A stretch of 64,000 nt of DNA from Candidatus Latescibacterota bacterium (GTDB lineage: Bacteria; Latescibacterota; UBA2968), in contig OZ242311.1 of assembly GCA_965207885.1 (NCBI GenBank), positions 864,001 to 928,000 on the forward strand, in the 5' to 3' direction. Position numbers and translations under genes: made by a program. Under the pieces are notes generated by a model, which saw only the letters and a program-made list of their open reading frames with translations, ran no database searches and had not been told where the DNA came from. Of this stretch, positions 27,455-36,601 are shown one piece after another. The first letter of the stretch is position 1; each line of letters begins with the position of its first letter.

Positions 27455-27742
27455 TCACTGTTCCCGTTTTCTGCGAAGTGCCAATACTTGCTTGAATATC
27501 TGTGAAATATTGCCACCATTGCGGGAGTGCAATAGCATCTGCTCTTTTGATATGACCATCATGGTGTCTTCTTTTGGGTCGGGATAACGGCAAAAGCTCG
27601 ATTTTACCGCTTCACCCGTGACGCAGCAGTATTTTTCCACCGGGATTTCTTGTTCGGTATCCAGCCTGCTGGTGGTGGGTTCCAGGTCTTTGTTCGCTTC
27701 TTCGTATTCGGTGAATATTTCCGAGATTTTGGCGGCCATCAT
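27455..27742 (-). CDS. Small hypothetical protein (CCVTGEAV, possible YHS/TRASH-like metal site)
   Basis: AGGAGA RBS before ATGATG at 27742. 95 aa, fills the gap between neighbours. Confidence 0.55.
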   Translation of the reverse strand: MMAAKISEIFTEYEEANKDLEPTTSRLDTEQEIPVEKYCCVTGEAVKSSFCRYPDPKEDTMMVISKEQMLLHSRNGGNISQIFKQVLALRRKREQ

Positions 27743-27851
27743 GCGATCTCCTGTTGTGGTGATACAGATCTTTGTGGAGCGCGAAATAATATGCAAAAAA
27801 GAGCCTTATGTAAAGAAAAATAACGTTAAAGAGGCTTTTGAAGCGTCATTT

Positions 27852-28274
27852 TTAAATGGGTCTGACTTTATCTCCTACTTCGGGTTTATCAAAAGGGAGC
27901 GATTGTTCACGGGGATTTATCATTTCTTCTTCAATCATCCCAGCAAAAATAGATCTAACTGAACTTGGTTTCTTTACAATTTTTCGTTCTACTTCGGTTG
28001 TTTTTTTTGTGGATTCCAAAGTAGCCATTTGTGGCTGAATATGAATAACCTTTCCTGTTCCCTTTACAATCTCCAAACGGCCCAATGACTCGCCATTTTC
28101 AGGATCTATGATTTCTTCATCACTTAAAACATAAATCTGAAACTTTTGGTTTTTTTTCACATCATGTTCGCTCCCTCTATTAATCACAACTGTATAATTA
28201 TCCAAAACACTAGCTACAGACGCAGGAAAAGGAGTTTCTGCTATTGCCTCCTCTACGATTTCTTTGGTCTCCAT
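27852..28274 (-). CDS. Hypothetical protein, FlgT C-terminal-like beta-barrel
   Basis: VVINRGSEHDV...FQIY...IIDPENGESLG...G.GKV resembles FlgT_C-type domains. AGGAGG RBS. AT-rich. Confidence 0.7.
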   Translation of the reverse strand: METKEIVEEAIAETPFPASVASVLDNYTVVINRGSEHDVKKNQKFQIYVLSDEEIIDPENGESLGRLEIVKGTGKVIHIQPQMATLESTKKTTEVERKIVKKPSSVRSIFAGMIEEEMINPREQSLPFDKPEVGDKVRPI

Positions 28275-28283
28275 GAGTGCCTC

Positions 28284-28802
28284 CTATTCTTCAAAAATTT
28301 CGAGGTATGACCGATTAACATTGGGTTTGGCTATTACCTTTTCCAAAACTTGTGCATTTCCAGCTTCTAATTTATCTCTAATTTCTTCTTGCCCACTTAT
28401 CCACTGGGTTATCAAAATCTGGATGTATTTGTCTTCTTGCACATTGAAAACATATCCCAACCCAATTAGTCTTTCGTATCCTTCATCATAAAAAAATAAA
28501 GAAACTATAGCATTATGAGAATAGAGTTGTGAGGGCTCAAAAAGACAGATGGTCCCCATATTTTCAATAGTTTTCACCAGGATCAATTTTGGCAATATAT
28601 TTTGCGCCCTTTGGTAATATTGGTAAGCTATCCGACCTGAAAATGCTAAAAGTATCAACAAAAGAGCCAACACGGACAAGGCCCATTTTAGGGATATGCT
28701 GTCATTGGGAGAAAGAATCCATAAAATTAAAGGTAACCCTATAGAAAACAAACAAGTTAGAAGAAATCGCAAGTCAATCAAATGGCTCCATTTTCCGGTC
28801 AT
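28284..28802 (-). CDS. Hypothetical 2-TM membrane protein with C-terminal beta-rich domain
   Basis: Two hydrophobic helices, then a soluble domain. 9-nt gap containing the RBS to the next gene. AT-rich. Confidence 0.75.
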   Translation of the reverse strand: MTGKWSHLIDLRFLLTCLFSIGLPLILWILSPNDSISLKWALSVLALLLILLAFSGRIAYQYYQRAQNILPKLILVKTIENMGTICLFEPSQLYSHNAIVSLFFYDEGYERLIGLGYVFNVQEDKYIQILITQWISGQEEIRDKLEAGNAQVLEKVIAKPNVNRSYLEIFEE

Positions 28803-28873
28803 TATTTTTCCTGCTGAGGATCAAGAAATATTTACGTAACAGTAATATCCCATAAATTTGGTACAAACACAAA

Positions 28874-29914
28874 TTAAACCTTAAACAAGAAGTGTATTAC
28901 ATCGCCATCAAAAATCTCTGCGTCTTTTCCTTTGACCATGAGCTTGCCCGCTGCTTTTACTTTTTGTTCGTCTCCGAGTGCGATTAAGTCTTCGTAGCGC
29001 ATGACTTCGGCCCGGATGAATCCCCGCTCGATGTCGCCGTGAACTGCGCCGCCCGCCTGTGGTGATAGGGTGCCTTTTGGGATGGTCCATGCGTGTACTT
29101 CGTCATTGACTACTGTGAAGAATGAGATCAAGCCCAGGGTTTTGTAACACAATAAGGTCAACCGATCCAGCGCGGGTTGTTCGATGCCGAGGTCGGCGAG
29201 AAATTCTTCGCGCGTTTCGTCGTCGAGCAGGGAGATTTCTTCTTCGATTTGTGCGGATATCGCGATCCATTCAAAACCACAGTCGGCAAAATCAGCGGCT
29301 ATTTCATCTATAATTCCGTCGTCGCCGATCTGGTCTTCGTCTGTGTTTAGCACTACGATTACTGCTTTGGTGGTTAAGAAGGGATAGCTGGATGTGAGTT
29401 TTACTTCGTCTGAGGTCAGTGCAAACTGGCGCAGGGGTTTCCCTGCTTCCAGATGCGTCTGCATGCGCGTCATTAAGTCCTTTTCTTGCTCTATTCTCAG
29501 CCTGTCTTTTGTGTGCCGGTCTTGTGCTATTCGCTCCAGTCGCTTTTCTACAAAGATCAGGTCGGCGAGCAATAGTTCTTCCCAAAAGGCCTGTATGTCG
29601 CGTTTGGCATCTACGTCGCCCGCTATGTGAAAGACGGTGTCGTTTTCAAATACCCGGGCGAGGAAGCAGATTACATCTACCCGCTCCAGGTCTTGAAGAA
29701 CAGGTATGTTGCGTTCGGTCTGTGTGTCCAGATCGGGCAATAGTACAAATGCCATTTCCGCAGGTACTTCGCGTGCGGGTTTGTACATTTCTACCAGCCG
29801 ATCAAATCGCTCGTCCCGTACCTTTGCCTGTCCCATTTCACCTGTGTGTCCGGTTAGTAAGCGGAATAGCGTTTTTTTACCGACCTGCGGCAATCCAATT
29901 AGCCCGAGTCTCAT
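28874..29914 (-). CDS. ychF: YchF/DUF933 family protein with degenerate G-motifs
   Basis: GLIGLPQVGKK, ELLLADL, LGLISFFT...AWTI, HGDIERGFIRAEV, DGDVIHFLFKV. Confidence 0.85.
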   Translation of the reverse strand: MRLGLIGLPQVGKKTLFRLLTGHTGEMGQAKVRDERFDRLVEMYKPAREVPAEMAFVLLPDLDTQTERNIPVLQDLERVDVICFLARVFENDTVFHIAGDVDAKRDIQAFWEELLLADLIFVEKRLERIAQDRHTKDRLRIEQEKDLMTRMQTHLEAGKPLRQFALTSDEVKLTSSYPFLTTKAVIVVLNTDEDQIGDDGIIDEIAADFADCGFEWIAISAQIEEEISLLDDETREEFLADLGIEQPALDRLTLLCYKTLGLISFFTVVNDEVHAWTIPKGTLSPQAGGAVHGDIERGFIRAEVMRYEDLIALGDEQKVKAAGKLMVKGKDAEIFDGDVIHFLFKV

Positions 29915-29957
29915 GGCGGTAATATTCCTTCCTCATAGGAGAGGGGACCAAATTCCA

Positions 29958-29986
29958 TTGACGGATGCAAGACTGTGCTTTAATAT
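29958..29986 (+). promoter_or_regulatory. Putative sigma70 promoter of the aldo/keto reductase
   Basis: TTGACG-17 nt-TAATAT. Confidence 0.5.
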
Positions 29987-30035
29987 ACTGAAAATATTGT
30001 AAGAAAAAATACAGAAGAAGGGAAAGGAGTTTACC

Positions 30036-30800
30036 GTGAAAACCGTCGAACTCGGCACGACTGGTATATTGGTTTCTCAACTCAGTTTTGGTACGGGTAC
30101 CAATGGCTGGGGCGGGCGTTCCAACCAGACGGATCTGGGGACGCGCGAACTTGTGGACTTGCTTATCTATGGCTTTGAACGAGGCGTCACGTTTTGGGAT
30201 AGTGCCGATCAATACGGCAGTCATGTCCATCTCGCAGGTGCATTGGAGCATATCGATCGCGAGCGGGTTGTGATTACATCCAAGATTCGTGCGACAACAG
30301 CCCATGAGGCAGAGCGCGATATGGATCGCATTTTGAGCGAGTTAGATACGGATTATATCGATATTGTTCTTATGCATTGTCTGACAGATGAAGACTGGCC
30401 CAGTTCCTATCGGGGTGTTATGGATGTCCTTGCCGATAAAAAACAAAAAGGCATCATTCGCGCACACGGTGTTTCCTGTCACGATATTGATGCCTTTCAG
30501 CAAGCAGCTATTACCCCATGGGTCGATGTTGTTTTGGCGCGTATCAACTATGCCGGGAAGAATATGGATGGTCCGCCCGAACGCGTTGTTCCCATTCTGG
30601 AAGAGATGGATGCCAATGATATCGGCGTTTATGGGATGAAAGTCGTGGGCCGCGGCGACCTGCCCGCACGCGATGCGATTCACTATGTTCTCGATATTCC
30701 AGCGGTTGACGCGATTACTGTTGGGATGATGAACCGCAGCGAAATCGACGAGAATATCGGCCATGTCGAAGCGCATAGCACTGTGTTGCTACCTGTTTAA
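30036..30800 (+). CDS. Aldo/keto reductase
   Basis: LGTTG..VSQLSFGT, FWDSADQYG, ITSK, LDTDYIDIVLMH. Confidence 0.9.
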   Translation: MKTVELGTTGILVSQLSFGTGTNGWGGRSNQTDLGTRELVDLLIYGFERGVTFWDSADQYGSHVHLAGALEHIDRERVVITSKIRATTAHEAERDMDRILSELDTDYIDIVLMHCLTDEDWPSSYRGVMDVLADKKQKGIIRAHGVSCHDIDAFQQAAITPWVDVVLARINYAGKNMDGPPERVVPILEEMDANDIGVYGMKVVGRGDLPARDAIHYVLDIPAVDAITVGMMNRSEIDENIGHVEAHSTVLLPV

Positions 30801-30806
30801 AAGGCG

Positions 30807-30870
30807 GTGAGACGTAAAAAGTGAGACGTGAGAGGGAGGCGGTCCTCTTACGTCTTACTTCTCACTTTTC
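30807..30870. repeat. Inverted array of heptamer repeats (RARAMGT) between convergent genes
   Basis: gagacgt aaaaagt gagacgt gagagg on the left arm, with the complementary cctctt acgtctt acttctc acttttc on the right. Confidence 0.7.
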
Positions 30871-31511
30871 TCTTCTATCCGCTCAATCTCATCTCGAATT
30901 ATTCCCGCGTCTTCGTATCGCTCTTCCTTGACAGCTTTATTCATCTGTTCTTTCAAAACTTCCAGCAATTCATCGGGATCCATATCTTGCCCCTGCGAAT
31001 CAACACCCTGTACTGGCTGATCGGCTGCCTGCGCGATGTCTAAGACGGGTTCTTCAGGTATGTCTTGTTCATGGGGTGGATTTAGCTGCTCGAGCTCATA
31101 ACCGTATTCGGTGCGGCGGACTTTGAATCCCACTTGTTGAATGATTTTGGCATCCATATAGATGGGCGCGCCAAATTTGAGTGCCAGCACAATGCTATCA
31201 CTGGGGCGGGCGTCTAAACGCACTTGCTCTCCTCGAGCAAAGAGGATGAGTTCGGCGTAAAAAATATGATCTTTTAAATCGACAATCTGCACCTTTTCAA
31301 CTTCGGCATCAAAATGTGCCAGCATCGCGCACATCAAATCATACGCGAGAGGTCGCGGCATAGATTTGCCTGCGAGTTCTGAGCGGATAGACCGGTATTC
31401 GACAGGACCAATTTCAATGGGTACCATCACACTGCCTTCAACACTTTGTAGCCACACCACGTTCTGTTCCGTATGATCTTGACGTAAATCCACAACCTGC
31501 ATTTCAATCAT
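30855..31511 (-). CDS. Bifunctional nuclease family (DUF151) protein with UVR domain
   Basis: PIEIG, PRPLAYDL, LDARPSDSIVLAL, C-terminal AVKEERYEDAGIIRDEI. Confidence 0.9.
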   Translation of the reverse strand: MIEMQVVDLRQDHTEQNVVWLQSVEGSVMVPIEIGPVEYRSIRSELAGKSMPRPLAYDLMCAMLAHFDAEVEKVQIVDLKDHIFYAELILFARGEQVRLDARPSDSIVLALKFGAPIYMDAKIIQQVGFKVRRTEYGYELEQLNPPHEQDIPEEPVLDIAQAADQPVQGVDSQGQDMDPDELLEVLKEQMNKAVKEERYEDAGIIRDEIERIEEKSEK

Positions 31512-31625
31512 GACGTCCGCCTTCCATCGCAGTAAAAAATATGTGTAGCCGTAAGGATAGTTAAAATTTCACCGTATGCAAGTTGAATTTCTACCTCGTG
31601 TGGAACTTCTCGTTTGGAGATTGCA

Positions 31626-32447
31626 ATGCAACTTTCTCTCTCTGTCCGCGTGGCCGAAAGTTTTCGCAATAAGCGCAATTTGACTATCGCTTTGCCCGAT
31701 CTCGCGGAGATTGCCCAAAGCGCGGGTTATGAAGCACTTTGCATGCGCGCTTCGGGTGTGGGTACGCACAGTCCGCCCGAACGCATTGTTGAAGTGCAAC
31801 GTATTTTGAAGAGGCACAATCTCGCGGTTTCAATGGCAACCGGTGATTTTGCCATACCCGAGAATGGTGCCGATGGGCCAGATAGCTTGCGGAATATTAC
31901 CCCACACCTCGATCTGGCAGACGCGCTTGGTTGCGATTTACTGCGCGTCTGTATCAAGACCGATGCAGATATCGCGCACGCCCAGCGCGCAGCCGATGAG
32001 GCAGCCGAGCGAGATATACGCCTGGCACATCAATCTCATACCCAGAGTCTTTTTGAGACGGTGACGGGATCGATTGAGACGCTTCAGAGTATTGGCCGAC
32101 CGAATTTTGGGATTATTTACGAGCCTGCAAATTTGGCTCTGTGCGGTGAAGACTACGGTCCCGAGACCCTCAAACGCTTTGCACCCTATCTCTTTAACGT
32201 CTATTTGCAAAATCACGTTCCAGACCCCAATGGCGATATGCCTATGACGACCTATGTGCGGGGCACGATTTATTCCACTTTGCGACCGCTCGATGAATCT
32301 GGTGGGATAGATTTTCGAGAAGTTTTTGATGGGCTACACAGTATCAATTACCGCGGCTACGTGACGCTACATCACGCCTTTGGCGGAGATCTGCCGCCCG
32401 ATGAGGCCGCGACCCGGTCTGCGAATTTTCTGAGGTCTTTTTTGTAA
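31626..32447 (+). CDS. Sugar phosphate isomerase/epimerase (xylose isomerase-like TIM barrel)
   Basis: AGYEAL, LADALG, PNFGIIYEPAN, GGIDF..VF..L..INYRGYVTL. Confidence 0.8.
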   Translation: MQLSLSVRVAESFRNKRNLTIALPDLAEIAQSAGYEALCMRASGVGTHSPPERIVEVQRILKRHNLAVSMATGDFAIPENGADGPDSLRNITPHLDLADALGCDLLRVCIKTDADIAHAQRAADEAAERDIRLAHQSHTQSLFETVTGSIETLQSIGRPNFGIIYEPANLALCGEDYGPETLKRFAPYLFNVYLQNHVPDPNGDMPMTTYVRGTIYSTLRPLDESGGIDFREVFDGLHSINYRGYVTLHHAFGGDLPPDEAATRSANFLRSFL

Positions 32448-34373
32448 TCACTGACCGCTTTTCACAAATATCTGTTCGTGAAATATTGGCCGACTCCAGC
32501 CCAGAAAGGCGTTGTCGGCCACGTTTTGATATGGGACATTGCCCAGGCGACTGCTGGCTCCCCAGACGTGGTACGCGGAACCGATGGTGATGATGGGGAC
32601 GTTTTCCGTGTGGAGGTCGCGCACGCGGGTCATGTACGTGCGGAGTTTTGCAGTATCGACGGTGGTCATGGCCAGGCGGACGTATTGGGTGGCTTCGCGC
32701 AGCCAGGGGGGACCTTCGTCCCAGGCTTTTTGATGCCAGTAGGGTACGTTTTTAGCCAGGATAGCCCAGCCAATGGGATAGGTTAAGGGGGCGTTGGGTC
32801 CTTCGAGGCCCCAGTAGTGAACGTCGTATTCGCAGTTGTATCGGCGAGGGACGATGATGTCGCGCAGGCCGCCGTTGAGGTTGACTTTGATCCCTATGGC
32901 TCGCCAGTGGTCGGCAACCAGTTCGGATACGGGTTGGCCGTTGAACATGCCGCCGGGATGTACGAAGTCGATGGTGAGTTCAAAGCGCGAGCCGTTTCGG
33001 AGTTCGCGGATGCCATCGCCATCGGTGTCGATATAGCCTTCGCTGTCGAGGAGGCGTCTGGCTTTGTCGGGGTTGTATTCGGCGTATTTTTTATAGGCTT
33101 TTGGAGAAAAGTAAGGGCTTATAGGCCCAAAGGAATAGCCCGAGGGGTCGAGGAGGCCGTGGAAGACAATTTCGTCAATTTCTTCGCGGTTTATCGCGTG
33201 TGAGAACGCGATGCGGACGTTTTTGTTGCGGAAAGCTTCTCGCAATGCGGGGTTGGGCGCGTCCCAGTTGAGGTGGTAGGCCGGTCCTCTGTTGGGTCCG
33301 GTGAGTCGGAGATTGAATTTTCCGGTTTTCTCTTTTACTTTGAGGGTGGGGAACATGTCGATGCGGGTATAACGCCCGATCAGGTCGAGTTCGCTGTTGA
33401 TGAATTTTAGCAGAATGACCTGGGGGTCCTGGATGACGTTGAAGATGATGCGGTCGGCATAAGGGAGTTGATTGCCCGCTGTGTCTATTTTCCAGTAGTA
33501 GGGGTTGCGTTCATAGATGATGCGCTGACCCCGGATCCATTCGACGGGGATCCAGGCTGAGATGCGGGGAATGCCGGGCTGCAGGAGCAATTGCGCTCTG
33601 GTCGTGGCTTCTCGAAAGGCGTTGTAATCGGTTTTGGGATTGTATTTGGGGTGCAGGGGCGATAGGACGTGTTTTGGTGCGGCGATTAGAGCGCGGCTCA
33701 GTTCGTGGAGTACGCGACCCAGGGGTTTGGGTGAGGAGATTTCGAGGGTGTGTGTGTCGATTTTTTTGAACCGCATGGGTTTGCCATCTACCATCCATCC
33801 GGCTGGTGGAAAGGGGTTTTGACGGGCGTTGTCGTCAAAGGTCATGTCGTAATACCAGAAGAGGATGTCGTCAACGGTGAATGGGTGGCCGTCGGACCAT
33901 TTGACGCCTTTGCGAATTTTGAAAATTGCGACTTTGCCGCTGTCCTCATAGGTAAAGTGCTCAGCCAGGTTGTATTGGATGCTGTTTGGAAAGGGGCGTT
34001 CGTAGCCCATGAGGTTTTCGTTGAGGGTTTTGTTGGGTCCCGGGGTTTGCACGATGTCGCCGGTGAGGGCGCGTCTCAATGTGCCGCCATAGGTGCCGAT
34101 TTCTTCGATGGGTACGATGACGAGGGGATTTTCGGGCAGTCGTTCAGAGACGGGCGGGAGTTTGTCCTGTTTGACCTGTTGTGAGAACAGGGGGGCTTCG
34201 CTAAAGGTGCGGTTCTTAAGTATGGCGGGGTCGATTTTGAGGGGGGCACGGGTTTGAGGTATGTGTTTTTGAGCGCTGGATGTGGATTGGGTGGGCGTGT
34301 TCTGTCCCGGGTCGGGAGCGAGGCATCCGAGTAAGAGAAGAGATAGGCAGAAGCAGGGTAAATGGTGGTTCAT
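32448..34373 (-). CDS. ABC transporter substrate-binding lipoprotein, family 5
   Basis: Lipobox LLGC, LPPVSERLP, GTYGGTL, KWSDGHPFTVDD, RNPYYWKIDTAGNQLPY. Confidence 0.9.
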   Translation of the reverse strand: MNHHLPCFCLSLLLLGCLAPDPGQNTPTQSTSSAQKHIPQTRAPLKIDPAILKNRTFSEAPLFSQQVKQDKLPPVSERLPENPLVIVPIEEIGTYGGTLRRALTGDIVQTPGPNKTLNENLMGYERPFPNSIQYNLAEHFTYEDSGKVAIFKIRKGVKWSDGHPFTVDDILFWYYDMTFDDNARQNPFPPAGWMVDGKPMRFKKIDTHTLEISSPKPLGRVLHELSRALIAAPKHVLSPLHPKYNPKTDYNAFREATTRAQLLLQPGIPRISAWIPVEWIRGQRIIYERNPYYWKIDTAGNQLPYADRIIFNVIQDPQVILLKFINSELDLIGRYTRIDMFPTLKVKEKTGKFNLRLTGPNRGPAYHLNWDAPNPALREAFRNKNVRIAFSHAINREEIDEIVFHGLLDPSGYSFGPISPYFSPKAYKKYAEYNPDKARRLLDSEGYIDTDGDGIRELRNGSRFELTIDFVHPGGMFNGQPVSELVADHWRAIGIKVNLNGGLRDIIVPRRYNCEYDVHYWGLEGPNAPLTYPIGWAILAKNVPYWHQKAWDEGPPWLREATQYVRLAMTTVDTAKLRTYMTRVRDLHTENVPIITIGSAYHVWGASSRLGNVPYQNVADNAFLGWSRPIFHEQIFVKSGQ

Positions 34374-34395
34374 GTTAAACGCTAAGAGGCTCACT

Positions 34396-35340
34396 ATGGG
34401 TATCCTGAACCGGGGCGAACGCGCTCCCGACTTTGTTCTTCCGATAATGGACGGTTCTCAAACGCGCTTTTATTCCCGCGCAGGCGGTCGCCCGACGCTT
34501 TTGATTTTTACAGGGGAAGAACAGGTTTTGGAAGGTTTGGAGCGTTCGGAAGAGGTAGATGTTTTTGTTGTTGGTCCATTGGAACTCGCGAAGGCGAGTG
34601 TTACAGTATTTATCGACGGTGAAAACGCGGTTGGCAAAGCTTATGGTCTCGAGGGAGATTTTGCCGCGTTTGCGCTGGATGCCAATCTGCGGGTTCTGTT
34701 GGGGATTGAGGATCCGCAGGCTTTTGGTCAGGTTTATCAGGCCCTTGAGAGCCTGCCTTCTCATCGGGCGATTGATGTCGATGTCCAGGCGCCCGTTCTG
34801 CTCATTCCAAATGTTCTGACTCCAGATATCTGCCAGGCGCTTATCAATGTGTGGGCGACACAGGGGAATACAGAGACCGGGGTTGAAAGCTCCCGATCTG
34901 GCATTCGACGCGATGTTATTGACTACGAGAACAAAAAGCGGCGAGATCACGAGGTTACCGATGCCCGCCTTTTGCGTTTGCTTACTTCTACGGTGGGGCG
35001 GCGGGTTATGCCCGAGGTACAACGCGCTTTCCACTACCGGGCGACGCGTTTTGAGGGTTTCAAAATAGCGTGTTATGACTCGGAGAGTAGGGGTTTTTTT
35101 CGCGCCCATCGCGATAATCTCAGTCCTTCAACTGCCCACCGTCGCTTTGCGCTTACGCTCAATCTCAATGACGATTATACAGGCGGTCATCTGATTTTTC
35201 CCGAGTTTGGTCCCCACCGCTATCGCCCGTCAGCAGGTGATGCGATCGCGTTTTCCAGTTCTTTTCTCCACGAGGTCCAGCCCGTGACCCGGGGACGTCG
35301 TTTTACGTTGCTTTCGTTTTTGTTTCATGAGGAGCAATAA
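34396..35340 (+). CDS. 2OG-Fe(II) oxygenase with N-terminal Cys-less peroxiredoxin-like domain
   Basis: GERAPDFVLP (AhpC/TSA-like start), FRAHRD, LNLN..Y.GG.L.F, LHEVQPVTRGRR. Confidence 0.85.
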   Translation: MGILNRGERAPDFVLPIMDGSQTRFYSRAGGRPTLLIFTGEEQVLEGLERSEEVDVFVVGPLELAKASVTVFIDGENAVGKAYGLEGDFAAFALDANLRVLLGIEDPQAFGQVYQALESLPSHRAIDVDVQAPVLLIPNVLTPDICQALINVWATQGNTETGVESSRSGIRRDVIDYENKKRRDHEVTDARLLRLLTSTVGRRVMPEVQRAFHYRATRFEGFKIACYDSESRGFFRAHRDNLSPSTAHRRFALTLNLNDDYTGGHLIFPEFGPHRYRPSAGDAIAFSSSFLHEVQPVTRGRRFTLLSFLFHEEQ

Positions 35341-35344
35341 TCCG

Positions 35345-36394
35345 TTATACCATGTCCCAATCCGTGCGGTGGCCTTCTTCGAGAAAGGCGGCCAGTAGTT
35401 GGATGGTGGCTTCGATGTCGTCTTTGTCGGCCAATTCGATGGATGTATGGACGTAGCGCGTGGGGATGGAGAGGGTGATTACGGGCACTCCGGCTCGAAT
35501 CCGCTGTATTCCGCCTGCGTCTGTGCCGCCCCGAGGCAGTATTTCCATCTGGTATTTGATGTCGCGCTCTTTTGCGAGGGTTTTCATGTGTGCGACCAGT
35601 CCTGGATGGGAGATTGAACTTGAGTCCTGGATTTTTATCGCTGCGCCATCTCCCAGGCGCGTGACCTGTTCGTGCTCGGGGATACCTGGTATGTCGGCAG
35701 CCAGTGTGATGTCCAGTGCTACGCCCACGTCTGGGTTTACGCCAAAGGCACTCGCGGTTGCACCCCGCAGGCCAATTTCTTCCTGTACTGTGGCTACGGG
35801 ATATGTTTCAAAGGCGAAGGATTCGGCCCGTTTTACGGCTTCGATCATGACATATACGGCGATCCGATTGTCCATGGCTTTACAACTTACGCCATTGCCA
35901 ATTTCGGCAAAGTCGCGTTGCAGTGTTACCATTGCGCCGATTTCGATTTCTTCTTTCACGTCGTCGGCTGACATGTAGAGATCTACGACAAAGTCACTGA
36001 CGTCCAGTTTTTTGTTGCGGTCAGCTTCTGTCTGGATATGCGGGGGTTTTACTCCGGGGTAGAGCAGACCTGTGTGGTCTTTTTCGGTGCCGGCGACGGT
36101 GACGCGCTGTGCGACCATGTTGCGAGGGTCATGTCCACCCAGAGGTACGAGGCGCAAGAGGCCCTGTTTGTCAATGTGGGATACGACAAAGCCTATTTCG
36201 TCCATGTGCGCGGCCAGCATTAGTTTTTTTGGGTTTTCGCCCGCGCTTGCGTTCTTTTTGATGATTAAGTTGCCCATCCCATCTACGCGGAGTTCATCTG
36301 CGATGGGTTCCAGTTCTCGCCGCACGATTTCGCGCAACCGCTCTTCGCGCCCAGGTACTCCCGAACATTCACACAATTCTTTTAAGAGTTCCAT
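35345..36394 (-). CDS. M42 family aminopeptidase
   Basis: AAHMDEIG, KAMDNR, TVQEEIGLRGA, GGTDAG, RYVH. Confidence 0.92.
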   Translation of the reverse strand: MELLKELCECSGVPGREERLREIVRRELEPIADELRVDGMGNLIIKKNASAGENPKKLMLAAHMDEIGFVVSHIDKQGLLRLVPLGGHDPRNMVAQRVTVAGTEKDHTGLLYPGVKPPHIQTEADRNKKLDVSDFVVDLYMSADDVKEEIEIGAMVTLQRDFAEIGNGVSCKAMDNRIAVYVMIEAVKRAESFAFETYPVATVQEEIGLRGATASAFGVNPDVGVALDITLAADIPGIPEHEQVTRLGDGAAIKIQDSSSISHPGLVAHMKTLAKERDIKYQMEILPRGGTDAGGIQRIRAGVPVITLSIPTRYVHTSIELADKDDIEATIQLLAAFLEEGHRTDWDMV

Positions 36395-36601
36395 ACAGAC
36401 CTCCGAAAATTGAGACGTCATTGATCAGGTTATAAATAGCAGGTTCAGGAATATAGCAGGTTAATATGGTCTGGCAAAGGGGCTTTTCACACTGGTCCCA
36501 GACAGCGGTGCTCCTGCTGCCCGATTTTTCTTGCATTTTTTTATCCCTATCGACTAATTTTTGAGCCTGATCACAATTCTATACCACGTAAGGAGGACGA
36601 G

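Noticed and set aside
27800-28873. att sites or an integrase for the AT-rich cassette
   Set aside because: I could not find a duplicated ychF 3' end or flanking direct repeats by eye, and there is no integrase, so the insertion mechanism is unsupported.
36471-36490. Sigma54 promoter (TGGCA...)
   Set aside because: The -12 TTGC element is missing at the required spacing.
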